Positions 47,762 to 57,407 of a stretch of DNA of 64,000 nucleotides are shown one piece after another (positions within the stretch are counted from its first letter, which is position 1; each line of letters starts with the position of its first letter). Under the pieces are notes generated by a model. It searched no databases. It saw nothing but the letters and a program-made list of their open reading frames with translations, and had not been told where the DNA came from. The translations under genes were made by a program, and so were the position numbers. Source of the DNA: Candidatus Saccharimonadota bacterium (GTDB lineage Bacteria > Patescibacteriota > Saccharimonadia > Saccharimonadales > Saccharimonadaceae); assembly GCA_017545595.1 (NCBI GenBank), contig JAFWLO010000011.1:37921-101920 (forward strand), read 5' to 3'.

Positions 47762-50122
47762 ATGTCAAAAAATCTAGTTATCGTCGAGTCTCCTGCTAAG
47801 GCAAAAACCATCGAAAAATACCTCGGAAAGGATTTCCATGTCCTCTCCTCCGTAGGTCACATCCGAAAAGACACAAAAGTTGACGTAAAAAATGATTTTG
47901 CAGTTACTTACGAAATTGACCCAGGCCACAAAAAGGTCGTTTCCGAACTTAAAAAAGCGACAAAATCCGCCGAAACCGTCTGGCTCGCGACAGATGAAGA
48001 CCGCGAAGGAGAATCTATTTCCTGGCATCTTCTCGAAGTTCTTGGTCTCCCTTCTTCTACCCACCGCATCACTTTCCACGAAATCACTAAACCCGCCCTC
48101 GAGGCCGCCATAAAATCCCCCCGAACTGTTGACATGGCCATGGTCGCCTCTCAGCAAGCTCGCCAAACTCTCGATATGCTCGTCGGCTTTGATCTTTCTG
48201 GAGTTGTTCGCCGAAAAGTCCCAGGCGCAATCTCCGCCGGGCGTGTTCAGTCTCCCGCTCTTCGCCTTATCGTAGAAAAGGAAAGAGAAATAAAAAACTT
48301 CGGAGAAAAGTTCAATTTTAAAGTCACAGGAGATTTCGTCTCCTCCGACAATACAAATTTCCTAGGTTCTCTAGAAAAAAACGCCCCCTCGACCCTTGAA
48401 GAAGCCAAAGATCTCTTAAATTCCCTTAAAAATACTTCTTATTCCGTCTCGGCTGTCGATCGCTCCGAAGCTGACAAACCTAATCCAGTCCCTTTCGCGA
48501 CCGCCGCTCTTCAAATCGAAGCGAATGCTCGTCTAGGTTTTTCCTCTTCAACGACTATGCGCGCTGCCCAAGGCCTCTACCAAGCCGGTCACATCACTTA
48601 TCACAGGACTGACTCTCTTAATCTTTCTAAACAAGCCCTCGCCTCTATCGCCGACTATATAAAAACCAACTTCGGAGAAAACTACTTAAAAGTCCGCCAT
48701 TTCAAAACCAAATCCGCCGGCGCCCAAGAGGCCCACGAAGCCATCCGTCCGACCCACATAGAAAACGAAGTTGCCGGCTCAAACGACTTTGAACGAAAAC
48801 TTTACCATCTCATCCGCTCCCGCACGCTTGCAACTCAAATGGCGAACGCCCGCGTAGCAAAAACAACTATTTTTCTAACCCCCGAATCTTCAAAAACTCA
48901 TATTTTTGTCGCCCGTGGAGAAGTTGTCATATTTGACGGTTTCCTAAAAGTCTATGGAAAATCAAAAGATTTAGAACTACCCGATCTCTCCGTCGGAGAT
49001 AAGGTTCTTGCAACCTCCGTCACTGCTCGTCAAAATTTCTCTAAACCTCCAGCAAGATACACTGAAGGCTCCCTCGTTAAGAAACTCGAAGAACTCGGAA
49101 TAGGACGTCCTTCGACTTACGCTTCCATCATGACCGCCATTCAAGCCAGGAATTACGTCAAAAAAGGCGAAGGCGAAGGCGTAAAACGTGACGTTATCGA
49201 GCTAAAACTCGAAAACGGCGTAGTTTCCGAAGGAGTTGTTTCAGAAAAAACCGGTGCGACGAAAGGAAAACTCGTTCCGACCCCAGTCGGCGAACTTGTT
49301 TCTGACTTTCTGACAGACAACTTCGACCAAATAGTCGATTATGGATTCACTGCCGACGTTGAACAAAAGCTCGACCTAATAGCAGAGAAAAAACTCGACA
49401 AAGTCAAAATGTTACGCGACTTTTACACGCCGTTCTCCGAATTAGTCGATCATTCTTCATTTCTCGAGCGCTATAATTCTGCGACAGAACTTGGGACTGA
49501 CCCCAAAACCGGCAAAAAAATCTACGCAAAAATCGGAAAAAACGGCGGCTTTATTCAGCTCGGAGAAAATGAAAAAGAATCCGGAGAAAAACCCCGCTTT
49601 GCTCCACTTCCGAAGGGAAAAACCGTTAAAGATGTTACTCTCGAAGAAGCCCTTAAACAACTTTCTCTCCCCTCTCTTCCTCGTTCTCTAGGAACAGCCA
49701 AAGACGGAACCGAACTTATTGCTGCCGCTGGCCCCTTCGGCCCCTATCTTAAAGCTGGAAAATACAACATCTCCCTCGGAAAAGAAGACCCCTATAAAGT
49801 TTCTTTTGAGACCGCTAATTCTCTTTATCAAGAAAAATTAAAATCCGTCATAAAAGATTTTGGAAACGGAATTATGATTTTGAACGGCGCTTACGGCCCC
49901 TACATAAAAGGTCTCGGTCGTCGCAACAATCTTAAAATACCCAAAGACATCGACGCTAAAAAAATCACCAAAAAGAAAGCCGAAGAAATGCTCATGGAAA
50001 AATTCGGCACCCGCGCTCTTCCTGGAGCTGACGCTCTCAAAAAACGCACTTCAAAAGTCAAAAAAACCACAAAAAAAGCCGCCCCAAAGAAAAAACCCGC
50101 GAAAAAAACCACAAAAAGCTAA
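47762..50122 (+). CDS. topA: DNA topoisomerase I with zinc-free C-terminal repeats and a Lys-rich tail (start moved to 47762)
   Basis: LVIVESPAKAKTI, ATDEDREGE, SAGRVQS, ITYHRTD, GPFGPY repeats. Confidence 0.97.
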   Translation: MSKNLVIVESPAKAKTIEKYLGKDFHVLSSVGHIRKDTKVDVKNDFAVTYEIDPGHKKVVSELKKATKSAETVWLATDEDREGESISWHLLEVLGLPSSTHRITFHEITKPALEAAIKSPRTVDMAMVASQQARQTLDMLVGFDLSGVVRRKVPGAISAGRVQSPALRLIVEKEREIKNFGEKFNFKVTGDFVSSDNTNFLGSLEKNAPSTLEEAKDLLNSLKNTSYSVSAVDRSEADKPNPVPFATAALQIEANARLGFSSSTTMRAAQGLYQAGHITYHRTDSLNLSKQALASIADYIKTNFGENYLKVRHFKTKSAGAQEAHEAIRPTHIENEVAGSNDFERKLYHLIRSRTLATQMANARVAKTTIFLTPESSKTHIFVARGEVVIFDGFLKVYGKSKDLELPDLSVGDKVLATSVTARQNFSKPPARYTEGSLVKKLEELGIGRPSTYASIMTAIQARNYVKKGEGEGVKRDVIELKLENGVVSEGVVSEKTGATKGKLVPTPVGELVSDFLTDNFDQIVDYGFTADVEQKLDLIAEKKLDKVKMLRDFYTPFSELVDHSSFLERYNSATELGTDPKTGKKIYAKIGKNGGFIQLGENEKESGEKPRFAPLPKGKTVKDVTLEEALKQLSLPSLPRSLGTAKDGTELIAAAGPFGPYLKAGKYNISLGKEDPYKVSFETANSLYQEKLKSVIKDFGNGIMILNGAYGPYIKGLGRRNNLKIPKDIDAKKITKKKAEEMLMEKFGTRALPGADALKKRTSKVKKTTKKAAPKKKPAKKTTKS

Positions 50123-50334
50123 TATTTCATATAACTTATTTCTAAAAAGTAAACATATTCATAATGTTCTTGCATAATTTGTAAAGTTTGTGATACAATA
50201 ATTTTCAGGATAAATCCATCGAAGAGCACCTTATTTAGAAACAAAAATCACAAATTTTACCAGTTGACATTATGCCTATTTTATGATATTATAATAAACA
50301 AGTTTCAATAATAACCGATGAATGAGGAAAACTA

Positions 50335-51375
50335 ATGGAACAAAACGCGGACATTATTGCGCAAGCAATCAATGGTAGCCTCAAAATAATCGAACAAGAT
50401 AGGGAACGACAAATCGTCGAAAAACGTTTTGGTCTCGACGGCCAAAAGGAAACCCTAGAACAAATCGGAGAAACCCTCTCCGTCACCCGCGAACGCGTTC
50501 GTCAGCTCGAAAAAGTCATCCTCGTTCGTCTTCGTATAACCGCTAAAGCTAACAACATTCCCGAACTCGCCTCGGCTGAAAAAATCATCATCCGCAACCT
50601 TGCCGAAATCGGTCGTGTTGCGAAAGTGAATATCCTCGCTGATAAAATCTACGGTCGAAAAGCCTCGAACAAGGAAAAAGCCGCCCTTGTTTTTCTCGGC
50701 GACATCTCCCCCTCTCTTACTATCGTTTCCGAAAACGACAAATACAACAACGCCATAGCTATCGCCGACGTTGGCGACGAAAAACAAATTCGTCAAAAAA
50801 TCGACGAAATCGTTTCCATGATAAAATCCAACAAAGCCCCCCTCTCTCTTGAACAACTCGACGAGCGTCTCAATTACGAACACCCCTCTCAGATTTCCGC
50901 CATCGCCTCCGTTTCTAAACTCCTCGCAACTTTGAACGGTCTCTGGGGTCTCTCGAAATGGCCGACCGTAAACCCTAAAAACATTCGTGACAAAATCTAT
51001 GTCATCTTAGAAAACAAGAAGGAACCGATGCACTTCAACGACATCTCCACCGCCATCGCCGAGTCCAACTTCAAACGAAAGAACGTCACAACCCAAGCTA
51101 TTCATAACGAACTTATAAAAGATCCCCGTTTCGTTCTCATCGGCCGAGGAATCTACGCCCTCGACTCTTGGGGCTACAAGAAGGGAACTGTCTCCGAAAT
51201 CATCACGAACGTCCTTAAGTCTGCCGGCCGTCCACTCTCGCGCGAAGAAATTGTCGCCGAAGTCCTTAAATCAAGAAAAGTAAAAGAAACAACTATTCTT
51301 TTAAATCTCCAAAACAAAAAATATTTCGAACGCGTCGACAAAAATTCCTACACTCTAAGAACCCCCTCAAAATAA
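50335..51375 (+). CDS. Sigma70 region-4-like HTH fused to winged-helix/HARE-HTH-like domains
   Basis: RFGLDGQKETLEQIGETLSVTRERVRQLE; QAIHNELIKDPRFVLIGRGIYAL. Confidence 0.75.
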   Translation: MEQNADIIAQAINGSLKIIEQDRERQIVEKRFGLDGQKETLEQIGETLSVTRERVRQLEKVILVRLRITAKANNIPELASAEKIIIRNLAEIGRVAKVNILADKIYGRKASNKEKAALVFLGDISPSLTIVSENDKYNNAIAIADVGDEKQIRQKIDEIVSMIKSNKAPLSLEQLDERLNYEHPSQISAIASVSKLLATLNGLWGLSKWPTVNPKNIRDKIYVILENKKEPMHFNDISTAIAESNFKRKNVTTQAIHNELIKDPRFVLIGRGIYALDSWGYKKGTVSEIITNVLKSAGRPLSREEIVAEVLKSRKVKETTILLNLQNKKYFERVDKNSYTLRTPSK

Positions 51376-51421
51376 CCATAATCTTTCGACATTTTTTAGA
51401 AAATATGCTAAAATATTCTAA

Positions 51422-54400
51422 ATGTTAGCAACGATTATTCACTTCATTTTAACCCCTATTGTTTGGATTCCTCTCGTCGGTCTTTTTGCATTTTTAACTT
51501 ACCAGAACTACAAACAAGCAAATCGTCTCAAAGTCCTTAATGTCGATTCCGTCCTCCTTATGCTCGAAATCCCCCGAACAAACGACAAGAAAGAACTAGC
51601 TGCCGAACAACTCTTCGCCTCTCTTCACGGCATTCTCCGCGACAAAAACGAACTCAGAAATTCCGGAGGCGTCCAAGAACACCTTTCTTTCGAAATTGTC
51701 TCGACCGGCGGCCAAATCCGTTTCTATGTTTGGGTTCCTAAAATTCTTCAATCATTCGTCGAAGGCCAAATTTATTCCCAATATCCGACCGTCCAGATTT
51801 TCAAATGCGACGAAGATTACGTCGATAACCGTTCGAAACACTCTATCATCTATTCTTCTGAACTCGCCCTAACCGAAGATGACGCCCTCCCAATAAAAAC
51901 CTTCGATTCTTTTGAAGTTGACCCTCTTGCCGGGATTACCGGGACCTTAGCGAAGCTCGACAGCGACCTAAACGAAGAGCTCTGGATTCAAATCCTTGCT
52001 CGCCCAATCGCCGACGATTGGCACAAGTCCACAACCGACACCTGGATAAACCGCATAAAAACCGGTCGTTCCGGTGGCGGTTTTTTAGGCTTCGACGCAA
52101 GTTACATTTCCGAAATCTTCGCCGCCCTCTGGACTCCTCCTACGGGCGGAACTGGCGACTCCGGTAGTGGCCCGACAATCAGCGAACGCGATCAAACCCG
52201 AATCTCTAAAGCTGAAGAAAAAGCCACAAAGCTCGGTTATCAAGTCAAAATCCGCCTTGCTTACCTCGGAAACGACGAAGTTAACGCAAAACTAAATATG
52301 CAGGCCCTCGTCGGAACATTTAAACAGTTCAATTCTACAAATTTGAATGGGTTTAAAATGCTCGGAAGCACATTTTCCCCCGAAAGTCTTGACGCTTACA
52401 AGTTGAGGCAGTTTACAGACAACGGTTTTATTCTGAACATCAGCGAGCTCGCCAGCGTCTATCACCTCCCCCATACCAGCGTTGAAACTCCAAACATCGT
52501 ATGGGCCAACTCAAAAACCGCCGAACCCCCTTCTAAACTCCCCCTCATAACCGGAAACCCCGCAAACGACGAGAATATCTCTGCCTTCGGTCTCACAAAT
52601 TTCCGTGGCATAAACCATCAATTCGGCCTTCTTCGTCGCGACCGCAGTCGTCACGTCTATATTATCGGCCAAACCGGCGCCGGAAAATCCGGTCTCCTCG
52701 AACTCTTCGCGCTCTCTGATATCTTTTATAACCAAGGATATTGCATCATTGACCCTCATGGCGACTTCGCCATCAACAACTTAAAGTTCATCCCAGAGAG
52801 TCGTATTCGCGACGTAGTCTATTTTAACCCCGCCGACACCTCCCACCCTGTCGCCTTCAATCCTCTCGAGCTCTCCGACCCTGCGAGAAAGCCCAATGTT
52901 TCCTCCGAGGTTATCGGCGTCCTTAAACGTATGTTTGGTGATTCCTGGGGTCCACGCCTCGAACATATTTTAAGATACACTCTTTTAGCTCTTTTGGACC
53001 GCCCAGAAACTACCCTTCTTGACATCTCAAGAATGTTAACTGACAAGGAGTTTAGAAAAGAAACGCTAAATTATTGTAAAGATGTTACCGTTCTCCAATT
53101 CTGGAAACAAGAATTCGGAACCTGGAGCGAAAAGCAAGTTACCGAGTCTATAGCCCCAGTTCTTAACAAAGTCGGCGCCTTCACGGCGAACCCCATTATT
53201 CGCAATATTATCGGTCAGCCAAAATCTTCCTTCGACGTTAGAAAAATCATGGACGAGGGAAAAATTCTCGTCGTTAACCTTTCTAAGGGATTGATTGGCG
53301 AGGATAACGCCGGGATTCTTGGGTCGTTCCTAGTGACGAAGGTCCAACTTGCCGCCATGTCCCGCTCCGACATTCCTGACGTTCGCGACCGTCGTCCGTT
53401 TTATCTGTATGTTGACGAATTTCAGAACTTCGCGACCGATTCCTTCGCGACAATTCTCTCCGAAGCTAGAAAATATGGCCTTAACCTCACTGTTGCGAAC
53501 CAATACACCGCCCAAATGACCGATAGTGTCCGCGATGCTGTCTTCGGTAATGTCGGAACAACTATCTCTTTCCGTATTTCCGCCGACGATGCTCCCGTCC
53601 TTGTCAAACAATTCGAACCAACCTTCGACCAAAACGACCTCATCCAAATGAACAACCGCAACTTCATCATCAGCATGATTATAAACGGAGAAAAGGTCCC
53701 CGCTTTCTCCGCTACGACTCTTTCTCTTCCGACTTCCCCTCACGACAATCTCGAAAAAATCATAGAAAGTAGCCGAGAACAATATTCCCGCCCTCGAAGC
53801 GAAGTCGAGGAGGAAATTCGCGAAACTATCGAAGCTAGCGAAAAATACAAAAAAGAACTCTCCGATTCCGGTCGGCTCGCTCAAGACGATTCAGGTGATA
53901 AAAAATCCGAACCGAAGTTCGTTTTTAAGTCCGCCGACATTTCCTCCTCAAAATCCTACCGTCCCGAAGTAACCCGAACAAAAACCGAACGAAAGTCCTC
54001 GTCGCGCCCACTCACTCCTCAAGAAGAGTTCAAAAGACTCAAAATCTCTCCGAGTGTTGCCGAAGAAAAAGCTCCTAAACTCGGCCTAAAAGACCTAGGA
54101 AAGCTTCTAGAAGAGAAAAAATCCGAAGAAAAGGTAGGGAACGACAAGAGGGAAGAACAACCCTCTAAAAAGTCCAAACGAGCCCATAAAAAGGCTCATG
54201 TAACCCCCGAATCGTCCAAAGCGCCCAAACACCAAGCTCAAGCGGAAAATCGCTCAGAAGCCCCAAATTTTGCGCCAGAACGCAATATTTCTCATCCAAA
54301 CCCCGCGAAAGTCGCCACTCCAAAGATTACAACCTTCCATTCTGCCTCTAAAAAATCCAGTAATTCCCCAGAAAACCCGAATTCTATCGCTAAACCTTCC

Positions 54401-54484
54401 AAAAACAACGATTCCCTGAAAAAACCCAAAACCCCCAACGCCCCCAACACCTCGACCGAAGGTTATATTGTCATAAATCACTAG
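51422..54484 (+). CDS. HerA/FtsK-superfamily ATPase (type IV coupling protein/TraD-like, DUF87) with an N-terminal TM
   Basis: Walker A GQTGAGKS, IDPHGD, Walker B LYVDEFQNF, SEARKYG, ANQY; disordered basic C-terminus. Confidence 0.85.
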   Translation: MLATIIHFILTPIVWIPLVGLFAFLTYQNYKQANRLKVLNVDSVLLMLEIPRTNDKKELAAEQLFASLHGILRDKNELRNSGGVQEHLSFEIVSTGGQIRFYVWVPKILQSFVEGQIYSQYPTVQIFKCDEDYVDNRSKHSIIYSSELALTEDDALPIKTFDSFEVDPLAGITGTLAKLDSDLNEELWIQILARPIADDWHKSTTDTWINRIKTGRSGGGFLGFDASYISEIFAALWTPPTGGTGDSGSGPTISERDQTRISKAEEKATKLGYQVKIRLAYLGNDEVNAKLNMQALVGTFKQFNSTNLNGFKMLGSTFSPESLDAYKLRQFTDNGFILNISELASVYHLPHTSVETPNIVWANSKTAEPPSKLPLITGNPANDENISAFGLTNFRGINHQFGLLRRDRSRHVYIIGQTGAGKSGLLELFALSDIFYNQGYCIIDPHGDFAINNLKFIPESRIRDVVYFNPADTSHPVAFNPLELSDPARKPNVSSEVIGVLKRMFGDSWGPRLEHILRYTLLALLDRPETTLLDISRMLTDKEFRKETLNYCKDVTVLQFWKQEFGTWSEKQVTESIAPVLNKVGAFTANPIIRNIIGQPKSSFDVRKIMDEGKILVVNLSKGLIGEDNAGILGSFLVTKVQLAAMSRSDIPDVRDRRPFYLYVDEFQNFATDSFATILSEARKYGLNLTVANQYTAQMTDSVRDAVFGNVGTTISFRISADDAPVLVKQFEPTFDQNDLIQMNNRNFIISMIINGEKVPAFSATTLSLPTSPHDNLEKIIESSREQYSRPRSEVEEEIRETIEASEKYKKELSDSGRLAQDDSGDKKSEPKFVFKSADISSSKSYRPEVTRTKTERKSSSRPLTPQEEFKRLKISPSVAEEKAPKLGLKDLGKLLEEKKSEEKVGNDKREEQPSKKSKRAHKKAHVTPESSKAPKHQAQAENRSEAPNFAPERNISHPNPAKVATPKITTFHSASKKSSNSPENPNSIAKPSKNNDSLKKPKTPNAPNTSTEGYIVINH

Positions 54485-54565
54485 AATATATTATCATTAT
54501 TCATTAAACTCAAGCTTGACCCCTGTTCTACCTCTGTTAAAATAGAAGGGAATTAAGGAGTAAAA

Positions 54566-54694
54566 ATGCCCATATCTTATAAATCCGGTTCCGAGCTTAT
54601 AAAAACCTCAATAGATAATCTCTCTGAAAAACTCGACCGTCAAAACGACCTCCTAGAAAAGCTCATAAAAGCCGTCGCAAAAGATAAAAAATAA
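54566..54694 (+). CDS. Putative 42-aa coiled-coil small protein (below the ORF track cutoff)
   Basis: SD AAGGAG, MPISYKSGSELIKTSIDNLSEKLDRQNDLLEKLIKAVAKDKK; upstream TTGACC..TAAAAT. Confidence 0.55.
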   Translation: MPISYKSGSELIKTSIDNLSEKLDRQNDLLEKLIKAVAKDKK

Positions 54695-54967
54695 CTTATA
54701 AAGACTACCGGATAAAAATCCAAAGATCCTCATAGAATCAGAAACAAACAACGTTTGAAGTCCCATCATTTTGGTCGCTTTCCGACGATTCTCCCATCCA
54801 CATTTTCCGACAGTTTTAATGTCGCACAATAACTATTTTGAGACATTAACCCTAGTATAAAAAGCCGATACCACAATCATCTAAAACCTCGCTAAAAAGC
54901 CAACACAAGCATAATATCGTCCTAGCCCCCCCCACTGTCTTTAGCCTAATCCAAATACTATAAAGCC

Positions 54968-55192
54968 ACAACGGACTGCGAAGCCGTAGCCCTTGCCGTC
55001 CCCACCCTGAGGAACGAAGTCCGTAGAGTAGAAGTACTTGAGGTGAGAGTACGTGGTAGCGTAAGTATGCGAAGACCAGTAGTAGCCGCGCGAACCTCTA
55101 GTGCCAAGGCCAGTAGAGTGCCAGATATAGAGGCCACTACGAGGAAACGCAAACGGTTCGGATAGAATACTGGAATCGGCTCTGGTTAAGTT
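54968..55192 (-). repeat. DGR-type variable-region copy VR4: start-less orphan cassette
   Basis: Reverse complement reads NLTRADSSILSEPFAFPRSGLYIW..GYYWSS..KGYGFAVRC; in-frame TAG 7 codons upstream, no start codon. Confidence 0.85.
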
Positions 55193-55522
55193 GCTAACAG
55201 CCCTCCTCGACCTCTATAGCCCCTTTCAAAATCCTTCAAATCCGAACACCTCCCGAACATCCTCCGTGAAATCCGCAAATTTCACAAATTTTCACGGATT
55301 TTGCCCAAAAATCCAAATTTTTCACATTTCCCTGTTTTTTTGCACTTTTTTGCCTTTTTCTTCCTCATCTCCCCCTCCTTCGAGTATTCTAGAAAAATCT
55401 TCATTTTTTTCAAAAGAACAAAAACCGAACACCATAGGGAATCACCCGAAAAATCTCCAAAATCCACTTTTTTCACGCTAATTATCCCCGATTTCACGCA
55501 TTGTTTCCCTCTTCTGAGACCC

Positions 55523-56074
55523 CTACTTCCAAAACGCCTTTCTTTCTACCCTAACATCGATATACTCAAACTCCGTAATTCCCTGTCCTTCGAGGTATTT
55601 TATCATTTTCACCCCATCTTCCGCGCTCACCGCCGGATTTCTATCAACATGTACCTTAATCAACCCAGAAACCCCCTCAATTTCCACGTCTATCTCCCTA
55701 ATCTTATCAACCGGTATTCTCGCTCGAACGACCTTATATCCAAGTTGCGCAAACTCTTCCTCGAGATTCGCAATATACTCCTTCATCCTCGAACTAATTT
55801 GGGTCGTAGTCTGCCCAGTTCGTTCATCGATCACCTCCACACTAGGTTCTTTTTGAACAACAAAAACTTCCTCCCTATTAGAAAGCCACTTAATCCACTC
55901 TCGAATCGCTTTAACCGAAAGTCCCAAAAGACTAGCCCCGATCAGGACCACCACAACAACCGACGCAATCTTCTTATTCCGATAAAGTTTTCTGACTCTT
56001 TCCCTTTCCGAATCGCTCTCCGGTCTTCCCCTTTCCCTGACTATCGTTTTACCTGCCTGAACCATTCTGCCCAT
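55523..56074 (-). CDS. FtsQ/DivIB-like division protein (degenerate)
   Basis: One TM, C-terminal EYIDVRVERKAFWK, last gene of the dcw cluster. Confidence 0.6.
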   Translation of the reverse strand: MGRMVQAGKTIVRERGRPESDSERERVRKLYRNKKIASVVVVVLIGASLLGLSVKAIREWIKWLSNREEVFVVQKEPSVEVIDERTGQTTTQISSRMKEYIANLEEEFAQLGYKVVRARIPVDKIREIDVEIEGVSGLIKVHVDRNPAVSAEDGVKMIKYLEGQGITEFEYIDVRVERKAFWK

Positions 56075-57404
56075 CCCTGTTTATGCCTGTATTTTTCCCC
56101 GCGCTCTTCCCTGCCGAATCTTCATCCTTCTTTACTGCTTCCCTACTCCCCCTTGACAATTCAGCAATTTTATGTTCTCCTATACCTATCACAATGTCCG
56201 CAAGTCTCCTTGCCGAATCAAGCTTAGCTTCTCCGTTCAAATTTTCAGCTAACTTCCTCCTAAGCGCCGGCTTTTTCACAAGTTCCCTCACCTTCTCAAC
56301 GATCAATTCCGGCTTCTTCACCATCTTATCATCTCGAATCATCATCGCCGCTTCGATTTTTTCCAATCTCTCCGCGTTCTTTACCTGATGTCCTCCAGGA
56401 AGTTTTTCAAACGGAATCAACACAACCGCCTTCCCGAGCGCAGCAAGCTCCGCAATCGTCGTCGCCCCCGCTCTAGAAACTACAATATCTGCCGCCCCAA
56501 GCAACTCATGCATATTTGAATTAAATTCCCACATTCTAAAATTACTCGTGAGTTTAGCATCTTCCCACTTCTCAAATTCCTTCAACTCGACCATCTTCTC
56601 ATAGTGTTTTCTCCCCGCAATAAGCCCCACGCTCGCATTTTTAAGAAGCTCTGGAAGCACCTTCTGAACTGCCTCGTTCATGTGTTCCGACCCCTGACTC
56701 CCCCCAGTAATAATCACAAGCGGCTTCTTCGTGTCGAATCCAAAACTTCTCTTAAGGCTCACCTGTCTCGGCAAACTCACCTTCCTAAATTCATCACCAA
56801 TCGGAATCCCAACCCACTCCCAATTTTTCTTTCTTTCATCAACAATTTCCTCTCCATTATCATCCTTCAAAGTCTTCTCGAATTTCACCCCCATCGCAAC
56901 AACCTCTGCCCCCTTCATAAGCAACCTATTCGCAAGCCCAGGCGTCGCATCGCTCTCATGAATCACGTACGGGATTTTAAGCCACTTCGCAACAATCCCA
57001 ACCGGAAGCCCAACAAACCCGCCTTTAAGAAAAATCACATCTGGCCTCTGTTTTTTATTTAAAAGCCTGCAAAAACTTTGTAAAATCCCGCCCAAAAACC
57101 CAAAAAACCCTAGAATATTCTTACAAACAAGATCAACAAACGTTATCTTAAAATTCCTAAAATAATCCAAAAAGCTCCACCCCGCATATCTTCTAAACTT
57201 CCCCGACAAAACCTTCCTCACCCTAATCGGCAAATCCCCGCCTTCTTTCCCGAGTGTTGTAATTTTTACAACATTTTTATAGTATTTTCTATCAGTCCAA
57301 AATTCAATCCTCGCCCTCGGTCTTTTCTCGAGAATCTCTCGAACAACCGCAATCGCCGGCGTGATATGACCCCCGCTTCCTCCTCCAACAACTAAAATTT
57401 TCAT
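56049..57404 (-). CDS. murG: Lipid II GlcNAc transferase MurG
   Basis: GGGSGGHITP, HESDATPGLANR, GGSQG, SRAGATT, HQVKNA. Confidence 0.95.
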   Translation of the reverse strand: MKILVVGGGSGGHITPAIAVVREILEKRPRARIEFWTDRKYYKNVVKITTLGKEGGDLPIRVRKVLSGKFRRYAGWSFLDYFRNFKITFVDLVCKNILGFFGFLGGILQSFCRLLNKKQRPDVIFLKGGFVGLPVGIVAKWLKIPYVIHESDATPGLANRLLMKGAEVVAMGVKFEKTLKDDNGEEIVDERKKNWEWVGIPIGDEFRKVSLPRQVSLKRSFGFDTKKPLVIITGGSQGSEHMNEAVQKVLPELLKNASVGLIAGRKHYEKMVELKEFEKWEDAKLTSNFRMWEFNSNMHELLGAADIVVSRAGATTIAELAALGKAVVLIPFEKLPGGHQVKNAERLEKIEAAMMIRDDKMVKKPELIVEKVRELVKKPALRRKLAENLNGEAKLDSARRLADIVIGIGEHKIAELSRGSREAVKKDEDSAGKSAGKNTGINRDGQNGSGR

Positions 57405-57407
57405 TTC

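Noticed and set aside
50335-54484. Integrated conjugative element or prophage
   Set aside because: No integrase, relaxase, virB or phage structural genes, no att repeats, and codon usage matches the host strand.
55200-55520. TTTCAC and CCGAACA short repeats as a defined repeat element
   Set aside because: Irregular spacing and low complexity in a strongly skewed region; not enough support.
55301-56227. 308-aa plus-strand ORF
   Set aside because: Antisense to the ftsQ-like gene and murG; low-complexity F/P/L/S composition reflects the C/T skew.
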